In this document: piece by piece, positions 20,296 to 31,441 of the stretch
Numbering within the stretch: the first letter of the stretch is position 1
How the letters are laid out: every line of letters begins with the position of its first letter
Source of the DNA: an uncultured Thermoleophilia bacterium
Lineage (GTDB): Bacteria; Actinomycetota; Thermoleophilia; UBA2241
Assembly (NCBI GenBank): GCA_963707335.1
Contig: CAVPQD010000041.1
Span: 22,681 to 86,680 of the forward strand
DNA: 64,000 nt
Direction: 5' to 3'
Made by a program: the position numbers and the translations under genes
Notes under the pieces: generated by a model
Database searches by the model: none
What the model was told of the DNA's origin: nothing
What the model saw: only the letters and a program-made list of their open reading frames with translations

Positions 20296-21749
20296 ATGAA
20301 CAGAGCCATCTCCAAGCATCTTCATCGTCGCCGTCGTGCTCTTCGTCGCGCTCGTCGTCAACCTCACCTGGATCATGGTGCGTGCGCGCCCAGTGGTTCC
20401 AGGACCGGCCGGAGAACAAGCGCAGCATCGCCAAGGAGCTGAAGATCAAGCGCGGCGACATCCTGGGCTTCGACGGCTCGGTGATCGCCGGCACCGAGCG
20501 CCGCTCCGGCTACTACTACCGCGACCTATCCCCAGGGCACGCTGGCGCCGCAGCTCATCGGCTACGACAGCGTGCGCTACGGACGCAGCGGCATCGAGGC
20601 CGAGCTCAACGACGAGCTCACCGGCCAGGCCACCGATCTCGGCGTGCAGACCTGGGTGGACCAGCTGCTGGGGCGCCGGCCCAAGGGCGCCGACGTCAAG
20701 CTCACGCTCGTGCCGGCCGTGCAGAAGGTGGCGCAGCAGTCGCTGCACGGGCATGACGGGCGCCATCGTGGCGCTCGATCCCACGACCGGCGCGCTGATC
20801 GCCTCGGCCTCCGCGCCGACCTACGACCCGGCAAGACGCTCGAGGACGAGTGGGCGCGGCTCAGCAAGGACCCGGCGCGCCGCTGCTGAACCGGCCGACC
20901 CAGGGGCTGTACGCGCCGGGGTCGTCCTTCAAGGTCGTCACCGCGCACGGCCGGTCTCGACACCGGCAAGGTCACGCCGACCACGCCGTTCGTCGACACC
21001 GGCACCTACGTCGTCTTCGGCGGCAAGGTCACCAACTACGGCGGCGAGGTGTTCGGCGCCAACACCTTCACCGAGGCGCTCACCTACTCGATCAACACGA
21101 CCTTCGGCAAGGTGGGCAACCAGCTGCGGCCGCAAGCGCCTCATCGACGGTCATGCAGCAGGCTCGGCTTCTACCAGATGCCGCCGCTGGCGCTGCCCGG
21201 CGGGCGAGGTCGTGGCCAGCGGCCGCTACGGCAAGAAGGGCCTGCTGCCGCCCGACGCCTTCATGGACCCGCTCGCAGGTCGCCTGGGCGGCGTGCGGGC
21301 AGGAGCAGGTGCTGGCGACGCCGCTGCAGATGGCGCTGGTGGCCGGCGGCGTCGCCAACGGCGGGCGCGTCATGAAGCCGTACTACCTGCAGGAGATCGT
21401 GACGGCGTACGGGCGACGTGGTGCGGCAGGCGCAGCCGGAGCAGTGGACGACGAGCCATGACGCCGGCCACGGCCGCCAGCCTCAACAGCATGATGCAGA
21501 ACGTCGTGAACGCCGGCACCGGCACCGCGGCGGCGCTCGAGGGCATCCAGGTCGCCGGCAAGACCGGCACGGCGGAGACGCGGCGACGGCACCAACCTGG
21601 CGTGGTTCATCGCGTTCGCGCCGGCGGACGATCCGCAGATCGCCATGGCCGTCATCATCGAGGACACGCAGTCGACCGGCGGCGAGGTGGCGGCGCCGCT
21701 CGCCGCCGCCGTCATCAAGACGGCGCTGGCGCAGCCCGCCCTGCCGTGA
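20296..21749 (+). CDS. pbpA: Class B penicillin-binding protein (PbpA-like), frameshifted
   Basis: 'KRGDI', 'YAPGSSFK' (SxxK), 'YSINT' (SxN), 'AGKTGTAE' (KTG); follows rodA. Confidence 0.9.
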
Positions 21750-21843
21750 GGGGCAGGGACCGTGCGCCCGCGGTCGTAACAATGGTACGAGTCGATGAAG
21801 CGAGGTAGTCACGACGTGAGCTGACGTCTTCCAGCCAGACCAG

Positions 21844-23713
21844 GTGATCAGCGGCCGCTACCGCGTGCTGCGCAAGCTGGGCGGCGGCGGCATGGCCGAC
21901 GTCTACCTGTGCGAGGACCTCACCCTGGGTCGCCGCGTCGCGCTCAAGGTGCTGCTGCAGCGCTACCTCGACGACCCCACCTTCGTCGAGCGCTTCCGCC
22001 GCGAGGCCAAGGCGGCCGCCGGCCTCAACCAGCCGAACCTCGTCAGCATCTACGACTGGGGCGAGGTCGACGGCACGTACTACATCGTCATGGAGTACGT
22101 GGAGGGCGAGACCCTCAAGGAGCTCATCCGCCGCCGGGGCCGCCTCAGCGGCAACGAGGCGGTGCACGATCACGCTGCAGCTGCTGGCCGCGGTGGCCTT
22201 CGCGCACCGCAGCGGCATCGTGCACCGCGACATCAAGCCGCAGAACGTGATGCTCGACCGCGACGGGCACCGTCAAGGTCATGGACTTCGGCATCGCGCG
22301 CGCCGGCGACTCCGGGCATGACGGAGGCCGGCTCCATCCTCGGCACGGCGCAGTACCTGGCGCCGGAGCAGGCCCAGGGCCAGCCGGTCGACGAGCGCTC
22401 CGACCTCTACTCCGTCGGCATCGTGCTCTACGAGATGCTCACCGGCACCGTGCCCTTCAAGGGCGACAGCGCCGTCACCGTGGCGCTCAAGCACGTCAAC
22501 GAGATGCCGCCGGAGCCGGCGGAGCTGGTGCCCGGGCATGCCGTACGCGCTCAACCAGATCGTGCTCAAGGCCATCGCCAAGGACCCGGCCGACCGCTAC
22601 CAGATCGGCGGCCGAGTTCGCGCGCGACCTGCGCTCGGCGCAGGAGGGCGGCCCGCTGGCCGCGGCCGCCTTCGACGCCGGCGGCGAGCGCACGCGCGTC
22701 ATGGGCGCGCGCCGACGTCGGCCACCGCCGGCTGCCGGCGCAGACGCCGTGCTCGACGAGGCCGCCGCCGCCGCGGCCGCGCAGTCGCGCTGGCCGCGTC
22801 GTGCTGGTCATCATCCTGCTCGCTGGTCATCGCCGCCGTCGCCTTCGGCGCTGTGGTGGCACGATGAGCGGCGACAAGGTCGCCGTGCCCGGCGTCGTCG
22901 GGCCAGAGCCAGGCGGCGGCGCGTGCAGGACGCTGCGAGCAGAAGGGCTTCAAGGCCAACGTCCAGGAGGAGTACTCGGACCGCGTCGCCGAGGGCTTCG
23001 TGAGCCGCCAGTCGCCGACGGGCGGCACCAAGCTGCGCAAGGGCGCCACCGTCGACATCTGGGTCAGCAAGGGCAGCCAGACGGTGACGCTCATCGACTT
23101 CCGCGGCCTCGACCGCCAAGCGAGGTCGACGACCTGGCTCGACGACAACGACCTCATCGGCGTGCAGAAGAAGGGCAGGTCGCCCGACGTGGCCGCGGGC
23201 CAGGTGTACAAGCAGGACCCGCCGGCCGGGACGTCCGTGAAACGCGGCGACACCGTCACGTACTGGGTGAGCAGCGGCAAGCCCCAGGCGACGGTGCCCG
23301 ACGTGACCGGCATGACGCAGGCGGACGCGCAGGCGGCGCTGACCGCCGAGGGCCTGCTGCTGGGCACGGTGACGACGGAGCCCAGCACGACGGTGCTCGG
23401 CGGGGCTCGTGATCAGCCAGGACCCGCCGGCCGGACACCAAGGTCGACAAGGGCACGGCGGTGAACATCGTCGTCTCGAGCGGCTCGCCTACGCCGACCG
23501 CGTCGCCCTCGCCGCGCGGCGCTGATCGAGGTGCCCAACGTCTACAGCATGGACGCGGCGACGGCGACGAGCACGCTGGAGGCGCAGGGCTTCGTCGTCG
23601 TCATCAAGGAGAAGGGCAGCTCGCAGCCCGCGGGCACGGTCATCAAGATGTCGCCGGACGCCGGCTCCATGGCGCCGGAGGGCTCGACCGTCGTGGTGAC
23701 CATCGCGAAGTAG
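21844..23713 (+). CDS. pknB: PASTA-domain Ser/Thr kinase PknB/Stk1, frameshifted
   Basis: '[18 protein letters not shown]', 'FVERFRREA', 'HRDIKPQN', '[11 protein letters not shown]', TM, about 4 PASTA repeats. Confidence 0.93.
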
Positions 23714-23718
23714 CGAGG

Positions 23719-23768
23719 GGCGGGCGCGGCGGGGCGGCCTCGTGCGAGGCCGCCCCGCCGCGCCCGCC
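23719..23768. terminator. Long GC-rich hairpin between convergent genes
   Basis: GGCGGGCGCGGCGGGGCGGCCTCG-tg-CGAGGCCGCCCCGCCGCGCCCGCC between the pknB and antiporter stops. Confidence 0.7.
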
Positions 23769-24760
23769 TACCTGTAGAGGAAGACGTAGACGAGGTAGAC
23801 GACGTACATCGACCCCGCGCCGCCCAGCGACCACCACGTCAGCTTGTGGCGGATGCGCAGCGTCAGGTAGAAGACCATCCCCGAGATGAGCGCCAGGACG
23901 CCGCTCACGAGCCCGATCGTCGGTCGAGGTGCCAGGTCGTGAAGATCGAGGCCGATCGACACCGGGAAGGTGCTCTGGAAGACCATCGCGCCGGTGATGT
24001 TGCCCAGGGCGAGCGTGTCCTTGCGCTGCCGGATCCAGAGCACGGAGTTGAACTTCTCCGGCAGCTCGGTGGCGATGGGAGTGATGAGCAGCGAGACGAG
24101 CAGCGGGCTGGCCCCGAGCGTCTCGCTGAGCACCTGCACCTGCTCCACGAACACCTCGGCGCCGACGACGATGCCGGCGATGGCGACGCCGATCTGCAGG
24201 AAGATGCGGTGGCGGTGCGGCATCACGGGGTGGCGGTGGAAGTACAGCGGCTTCGTCTCGCCGCCGAGATCGCCCTCGCTCCGCATGGTCTCCCACACGT
24301 AGTAGCCGTAGAAGACCAGCAGCGCGGCCGCCAGGAACCAGTTGAGCAGCTGCACGTGCAGGAAGCCGGCGCCCATGGCCAGGGCGTAGGCGATCAGGAA
24401 GTGGCTCAGGTCGCGGCGCATGATGGGCTCGTTCACGGCCACCTCGCGCGTGCGCCGGCCGCGCAGCCAGAAGACGATGACCGCGGTCGCGGTGACGAGC
24501 ATCGCGAGGCTCGAGAGCATGAACGGCGCACCGAGGATGGCGCCCACGCCGACCTGGTCGGCGGCCGCGCCGCCGGTGAAGACGATGGCGATGATGGGCA
24601 CGAGCGTCTCGGGAAGCGCCGTGCCGACCGCGGCGAGGATGCTGCCCACGGCGCCTTCGCCGAGGTCGTAGCGGCGCCCGAGCCACTCGACCCCGTTGGT
24701 GAAGAGCTCGGCCGAGACGAGGATGAGGCCGAGCGCGAGGATGAGGAAGAGGACGGTCAC
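23768..24760 (-). CDS. Sodium:calcium antiporter (CaCA family)
   Basis: Intact 330 aa ORF; alpha repeats 'AVGTALPE' and 'PIATELPEK'; about 10 TM. Confidence 0.9.
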   Translation of the reverse strand: MTVLFLILALGLILVSAELFTNGVEWLGRRYDLGEGAVGSILAAVGTALPETLVPIIAIVFTGGAAADQVGVGAILGAPFMLSSLAMLVTATAVIVFWLRGRRTREVAVNEPIMRRDLSHFLIAYALAMGAGFLHVQLLNWFLAAALLVFYGYYVWETMRSEGDLGGETKPLYFHRHPVMPHRHRIFLQIGVAIAGIVVGAEVFVEQVQVLSETLGASPLLVSLLITPIATELPEKFNSVLWIRQRKDTLALGNITGAMVFQSTFPVSIGLDLHDLAPRPTIGLVSGVLALISGMVFYLTLRIRHKLTWWSLGGAGSMYVVYLVYVFLYR

Positions 24761-24779
24761 AGGCGCGAAGGATACCAGA

Positions 24780-24810
24780 AGGGGCGGGCCGCCTTCGGCG
24801 GCCCGCCCCT
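24780..24810 (-). terminator. Stem-loop terminator after the NCS2 permease
   Basis: AGGGGCGGGCCGCC-ttc-GGCGGCCCGCCCCT. Confidence 0.6.
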
Positions 24811-24841
24811 GTCGTGAACGTGCAGGTGTGCCAGGCTCGGG

Positions 24842-26296
24842 TCAGACCCAGCCCTTGGCCTGGAAGTAGCGGGAAGATGAAGTAGAGGATGAAGGCGGCC
24901 GAGGCGACCCAGAGCATCCAGCTGACCTCGCTCGCCTTGCCCTGCACGATGCGGATCAGCGTGTAGGAGATGAAGCCGACGCCGATGCCGTTGGTGATGC
25001 TGTAGGTGAGCGGCATGATCGTGATGATGAGCACGGCCGGCAGGCCGAAGGCGATGTTGCCGAAGTCGATGCGCCGCCTTGGGCTCGCGGTCCTCGTGCT
25101 CGGCCTCGCTCTCGGCCTTGGTGAGGGTGGCCATCATGAGGTAGCCGACGATGATGAGCGCCGGCGCCGTGGCCTGGCCGGCACGATCGCCGCGATCGGC
25201 GAGAAGAACATGGCGAGCAGGAACAGCACGCCGACGACGATCGCCACCCAGCCGGTGCGCCCGCCCTGGCGCCGACGCCGGCGCCGGACTCGATGTAGGT
25301 CGTCGCCGACGAGGCGCTCACGGCGCCGCCGGCCGCGGCCGCGAGCGAGTCGACGAGCAGCGGGCGGTTGACCTGCGGCAGGTTGCCCTTCTCGTCGAGG
25401 TAGCCGGCCTGGCCGCCGACGCCGACGAGCGTGCCCATGGTGTCGAAGAAGTCGCTCAGCATGAGGCTGAAGATCCAGAGGATCGCGGCGGTGACGCCGA
25501 GCTTGGCGAAGGCGCCGAAGTCGAACTGCCCGACGAGGCTGAAGTCCGGGCTCGCGCCACGATCTCGCTCGGGATGACGGCCTGTGCCGGCCGAGCGAAC
25601 GCGCGTTCTTGTCCTAGGCGTAGTTCAGGATCGATCGCGAAGATCGTCGCGAAGACGATGCCGAGCAGGATCGCGCCGCGCCACTTGCGGGCGAGCATGA
25701 TGATCGTGACGACGAGGCCGAAGATGGTGACGGCCACGGGGCACCATCGGAACGGTCCCGAGCTCGACGAGGGCACGCCGGCGTGCCGCCGTTGACGTTG
25801 ATGCCGCCGTCGACGAGCCCGATGAACAGGATGAAGAAGCCGATGCCGACGACGATGGCCTTCTTGAGCTCGAGCGGGATGGCCTTGAAGATGGCCTCGC
25901 GGAAGCCGGTGAGCACGAGGATGGTGATGGCGACGCCCTCGAGGACGATGAGGCCCATGGCCTGCGGGAAGGTGAGCCCCTGGCCCAGCACGAGGCTGAA
26001 GGCGACGACGGCGTTGAGGCCCATGCCCGGGGGCGATGGCGTAGGCGCGGTTGGTGACCAGCACCCATGAGGATGGTCATCACGCCGGCCACCAGGCAGG
26101 TCGACGTGAGCGCGGCCGCGAACGGCAGACCCTTGCCGTCCAGGCCGAGGATGGTCGGGTTCACGAAGATGATGTAGGACATGACGATGAAGGTCGTGAG
26201 CCCGGCGAGCGTGTCGCGCTTGAGCGACGTGTCCCACTGCTTGAACTTGAAGAAGCGCTCGAACGCGTTGCCCGAGCCGCTCTCTACCGCTTCCAT
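24842..26296 (-). CDS. NCS2/AzgA-like purine permease, frameshifted
   Basis: 'AGLTTFIVMSYIIFVNP', 'APGMGLNA', 'DFFDTMGT', 'TTYIESGAGV', 'MPLTYSITNGIG'. Confidence 0.92.
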
Positions 26297-26500
26297 GGAG
26301 ACCTGGTCCTCCTTGCGCTCGGGGGTGGGGTCGACCGGCGAGAGTGTATCGCACGGCGCAGGCCTCCGGGCGCTGACCGTTCGGTGGACCGGCCTGTGTC
26401 GCCCGACCGAGGCCCTGCGCCGCGCCCAGCGTTGACTGGCCGCGGCGCGGCGCGGGTATCCTCGCCTGCGTCCCGACGGGAAAGGATGTGAGTTCCTTCC

Positions 26501-27773
26501 ATGGACGATGACCCGAGTTCGCTGGCCCTCTCCGAACTCGACGACATGAAGGTCGTCGACGTCGCCGGCGTCGAGGTCGGCGAGCTCCTCGACGTCGTCG
26601 CTCGCTCATCGCTCCGAGCCGCCGCTCGTCACCGGCTTCTTCATCGAGCGCGACGACGACCAGCTCGCGCGCCTCCTGGGAGCAGGTCGCGGAGATCGAC
26701 GTCGACGGCGAGACGCTGCGCCTGTCGTGCGCGGCCGGCGAGCTCAAGCCGGCCTCGCTGCGCGGCGACGAGCTGGCGCTCGTCGACGTCGGTGCTCGAC
26801 AACCAGGTGCTCGACATGCGGCGCCGCGCCTTCGTGCGCGTGCAGGACGTGCGTGCTCGGCGCCGGCGAGGGCGAGCTGGTCGTGAGCGGCGTCGACGCC
26901 AGCCACGGCGCCCTGGCGCGGCGCTTCGGGCTGGGCTTCCTGTCGCGCCGCCTGCCGCGCCGCAGCGGCGACTTCGTGCCCTGGGAGGACGTGAACCTCA
27001 TCGCCCTGCGGCTGTCGCGCCTCAACTTCGTCGAGTCGTTCGCCGAGCTCGCCGAGCTGCACCCGGCCGACATCGCCGACATCATCAGCCAGGTGGGGCC
27101 GCGCGAGCGCGCCGCCGTGCTCGCCGCCCTCAACACCGGCCTCGCCGCCGACACGCTGCAGGAGATGGAGCGAGGAGCTGCGCACGGCGGCGCTGCAGGA
27201 GATGCCGCTCGAGCGCGCCGCCGCGGTGCTCGAGCAGATCGAGACGGACGAGGCGGCGGACATCCTCGCCGAGCTGCCGGACGACGCTGGCGCAGGAGCT
27301 GCTCGCGCGCCTGCCCGGACGAGCGCGAGGAGGACCTGCGCGAGCTCGCCAGCCACCCCGAGCACACGGCCGGCTCGCTCATGACGCACCGACTTCGTCA
27401 CGCTGCCGCGTGGGCACGACCGCCGGCGAGGCGCTCGCCTGGATCCGCCGCGAGCGCCCCGAGCAGCACACGATGACGCTACCTCTACCTCGTCGACGCG
27501 GACGAGCGCCTCGTCGGCGTCGCCAGCCTGCGCGATCTCGTGCTGGCGCCGCCCGACGAGCTCGTGGACGAGTTCATGGAGGACGACGTGGTCGAGGTGA
27601 CGGCCGACACGGACGAAGAAGAGGTCGGCCGCATCATGACCAAGTACGACCTGCTGGCCATCCCCGTCGTGGACGAGGAGCGGCGGCTGCTGGGCATCGT
27701 CACCCTGGACGACGCGCTGGAGGCGGTGCTGCCGGAGGACTGGAAGCAGCGGCTGCCGCGGCTGTTCCGCTGA
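26501..27773 (+). CDS. PRC-barrel + MgtE N-terminal + CBS domain protein (no TM domain), frameshifted
   Basis: 'LDNQVLDM...VRVQD', 'LAELHPADIADII', 'TAGSLMT', 'KYDLLAIPVVDEERRLLGIVTLDD'. Confidence 0.85.
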
Positions 27774-27809
27774 GGCGCCCGCCGGCCGCCGCCAGGGCGA
27801 CCGCTCGGA

Positions 27810-28410
27810 TCAGACGGGCTGCGCCGCGGCGCCCGGCGCCGTCTCCACGCTCTCCCAGGCGCCGCTGTGCCGCGGCGCCTCGACCAGGGTGGCCAGGTCG
27901 AGGCGGAAGCGCGCCACCTCGCCCTTGTACCTGCACGACCCTGAAGCCGCCGCCCTCGAGCACCTCGGGGTGGAAGAGGTTCAGCTCGCGGATGTAGCCG
28001 GGGAAAGGATCGCTCGAGCCGCAGGCGGCGCAGGCCGAAGGCCTCCAGCGCCGCGACGCGCCGGTGCTTGAGCGAGGCCTCGATCTCCTGCAGCAGGAAG
28101 CTGGAAGCCGCGCAGGTACTCCTCGTCGTAGAAGTAGGAGCAGGTGAGCAGGTAGGCGTCCGACGAGGGCGGGCCGGCCGGCAGGCAGCGGGCGCGCGGC
28201 ACGAGGCGCGACGGCGGCGACGTGCATCCAGCCGATCACGGCGTCGCCCTCGAGCAGCGCCCGTCCGAAGAAGCCGGCCTCGGCCTCGGCCTCCGCTCCC
28301 AGGCGCCGCGCAGCCCGGGCCGGCTCGCGCCGGCCGCGCCAGCCACCAGTGCAGGTGCGCAGCAGGGGCCAGCAGGTCCTGCTGGCGCGTCAGGTCGATC
28401 GCCTCACCGA
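27810..28410 (-). CDS. Acetyltransferase-like protein (actinobacterial GNAT-fold), frameshifted
   Basis: Fragments 'PRARCLPAGPPSSDAYLLTC', 'RRVAALEAFG', 'LEGGGFRVV'; start approximate. Confidence 0.55.
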
Positions 28411-28698
28411 GGTCGGCGATGTCGTCGATGTGCACCTCGACGCGGGATGGGTGCCGTCGTCGCGTGAGGTAGGTGCGCCGGCTCGGCGCCGCTCGCCGAC
28501 GGCGAGGTCGGCCGCTCGGCGACAGGTGGATCTCAGCAGCGGCCCTCGTCGTCGTCAGGCGCACCGGCCGTGCGCTCCAGTGGACCGCTCGCCGAGCTCT
28601 GCAGGGGTTCGTAGAGGTCGCGACCCGGCAGTCCTTGACGGCGTCCCAGCGCGCTGGTGACGACGTCCGGCGAGATGCTCGGTCCGTCCCTGCTGCAC
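28400..28698 (-). CDS. Asp23/Gls24 family envelope stress protein, heavily frameshifted
   Basis: GGAGG RBS + GTG; fragments 'GRTSISPDVV', 'LEIHL', 'RVEVHIDDIA'. Confidence 0.5.
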
Positions 28699-28829
28699 GC
28701 TGCGGCCCTCCGTCGCTGGTGCCGATACCGCGAGCGGCCGGGGCGGCGTGTTTGCCACTGTGCGCGGGCTCCCCTATACTCGCCAGCGCGCGCGGGGCCG
28801 ATCGAGCCGTCCTGCCGCGCTGTCCAGCC

Positions 28830-30300
28830 ATGAACGAGGTCGTCACCGATCACGACATCACAATCTACCGGGCCGACTGGGTGCTGCCGGTGGCGGCGCC
28901 GCCCATCGCCGACGGCGCGCTCGTCGTGGCCGGCGAGCGCATCGTCGCCGTGGGCCCGGCGGCCGAGCTGACCGCCGCCCATCGGGTCGGCCGCGGTCGT
29001 CGACCTCGGCCAGGCCATCATCATGCCCGGCTTCGTCAACTGCCACAGCCACATCGAGTACACGACGTTCCGCGGCATCCTCGACGACGCCGAGTTCGGC
29101 GACTGGATCATCAGCCTCGTCGACGTGAAGGCGTCGCTCACGCCGGACGAGTACCTGCGTGAGCGCCCGGCTCGGCGCCGTCGAGGCCATCTCGTCGGGC
29201 ATCACGACCATCGCCGACACGAGCTACGGCGGCGTCGACGCTCGAGGCGGTCGCCGAGGCCGGCCTGCGCGGCCGCCTCTACCTCGAGGTCTTCGGGGTC
29301 GACGACACGCGCTCGACGAGACCATGGCGGACGTGGAGCGGCGGCTGGCCGAGGCGCAGGCCGCCGCGCCGCCGCGCTTCGACGTCGGCCTGGCGCCGCA
29401 CGCGCCCTACACCGTGTCCAGCCGCCTGTACCAGGCCGTGGCGGCCTGGCCCGCGAGCGACGGCCTCAAGGTGCATGAGCCACGTCGCCGAGAGCCGCGA
29501 CGAGCTCGACCTACGTCCGCTCCGGCTCGGGCAAGTTCGCCCACGACTACCGCGAGAAGATGGGCTGGGAGCGCATGCTCGTGCAGCCCTACGGCGTCAG
29601 CCCGATCAAGTACCTGCAGCAGTGGGACGTGTTCGACCGCGACTTCCTCGCCGTGCACTGCGTGCAGCGTGACCCGCGACGACATCCGCATCCTGCGCAG
29701 GCCAGGGACGTGGCCGTGGCGCACTGCCCCAAGAGCAACGCCAAGCTGGGCTGCGGCATCGCGCCGCTGGCCGACCTGCTGCACGAGGGCGTGCGCGTCG
29801 GCCTCGGCACCGACAGCCCGGCGTCCAGCAACATCATGGACATGTTCGACGAGATGCGCACCATGCTGTTCCTGCACCGCGCCGTCGAGCGCGACGTGAG
29901 CGTGCTCGACGCGCCAGACGTGCGTGCGCATCGCGACGCTGGGCGGCGCCGAGGCGCTCGGGCTGGAGGACGAGCGTCGGCAGCCTCGAGCCCGGCAAGT
30001 GCGCCGACTTCATCGCCGTCGACGTCTCGCGCTCGCACTTCGCGCCGATCGACGACCCGTACTCGGCGCTCGTCTACGGCGCCAACCAGGACGACGTCAC
30101 GCTCACGGTCGTCGGCGGGCGCGAGCTGTACCGCGACCGCGCCTACACCGGCCTCGACGCCGACGCCATCCGCCGCGACGCCGTCGGCGGTGCGGCGAGA
30201 AGCTGCAGGACCGCGTGCGCACCGGCGCCGTCGAGGTCGGCGGCCGCCGACTCCGGCTGGTGGCACCCCGCCGCCCGCTCATCGAGAGGAGACCGTCTAA
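28830..30300 (+). CDS. Metal-dependent amidohydrolase (MTA/SAH deaminase-like), frameshifted
   Basis: 'MPGFVNCHSH', 'PHAPYTVS', 'HVAES', 'HCPKSNAKL', 'GLGTDSPASS'. Confidence 0.88.
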
Positions 30301-30979
30301 GTGCTGCTCGATCGCCGCAAGGTCAAGTTCTGGCAGAAGATCGTCTTCGGCGTTCATGGCCTTCCTCATGGCCGCCTTCCTCGTCGTCGGGTACTCCGGC
30401 GGCTCAACGGCTGCACCGTGGTGCGGCAAGCAGACCGCCGCCACCGACCAGCTCGAGCAGGACATCACCAAGTACCAAGGCCGCCGTCAAGGCCGATCCC
30501 CAGGACGCCGCAGGCGTGGCGCAACCTGGCCGACGCGTACGTCAGCGATGTCTCGCCGCGCCACACGCAGGAGCGCAGAGCTCCGCCGCGCAGAAGGCCC
30601 AGCTCGAGCTGCGCGGCGGACGGCCTACCGCAAGGCCGACGAAGCTGCTCGCCAAGCAGAAGGGCGCCGGCCGCCAAGGCGCAGCGTCTGGACGCGCTCG
30701 AGCGTGCTGGCCGGCGTGTACGACTCTCCTGCGGGACTACCAGGCGGCGGTCGGGGTGTACGGCGACATCACCGCGCTCAAGCCGCAAGGACGCCGAGTA
30801 CGTTCTTCGACATGGGCGAACGTCGCCATCAACGCCGGCGACACCAACGACCGCGCTGCTCGCCTTCACGCAGCTTCCTCGAGCTCGACCCGAACGTCCC
30901 GCTGACGCGCCGCAGGTGAAGGCCTGGATCAAGCAGAACGCGCCGAGTCCGCCACGCCTCTCCGTCGCCGACCAAGTAA
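30301..30979 (+). CDS. Membrane-anchored tetratricopeptide repeat protein, frameshifted
   Basis: N-terminal TM; TPR-like 'AWRNLADAY', 'DYQAAVGVY', 'FLELDPN'. Confidence 0.65.
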
Positions 30980-30991
30980 GGGATCCGGTCA

Positions 30992-31344
30992 ATGAGCGAC
31001 ATGTTCAGCGTCACCAGCGAGCGTCCCGACCGACGCAGCTCGGCGTCATCGCCCTCAGCGGCGAGGTCGACATCTACACGGCGCCGCAGTTCAAGGAGTG
31101 CCTGCTCGAGCTGCTCGACTCCGGCGTCACGCGACCTCGTCGTCGACCTCAGCGAGGTCACGTTCATCGACTCCACGGCGCTCGGCGTGCTCATCGGCGG
31201 CGTGCGCCGCGTGCACGGCGCCGGCGGCTCCATGACGATCGTCGTCACCAGCCGTCCCGTGCGAGCGCGTGCTGTCCGTCACCGGCCTCGACCGCGTGTT
31301 CCGATCCACGCCACGCGCGACGAGGCCCTCCGGCGCTCGCCTGA
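30992..31344 (+). CDS. STAS-domain anti-sigma factor antagonist (RsbV/BldG-like), frameshifted
   Basis: 'LSGEVDIYTAPQFKE', 'VVDLSEVTFIDSTALGVLIG' with the phospho-Ser. Confidence 0.9.
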
Positions 31345-31441
31345 CCGCCGCGCCGCAACGTCATCTCGACGGCCAGGTTTGCCGGGTGGTATTAACTCCC
31401 GCAGTCCTGGTCGTTCCTCTCACGTCCCCATGAGGTAGCTC

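Noticed and set aside
26297-26500. Possible purine riboswitch upstream of the NCS2 permease
   Set aside because: No purine aptamer consensus seen; the short divergent gap is accounted for by promoters and RBSs
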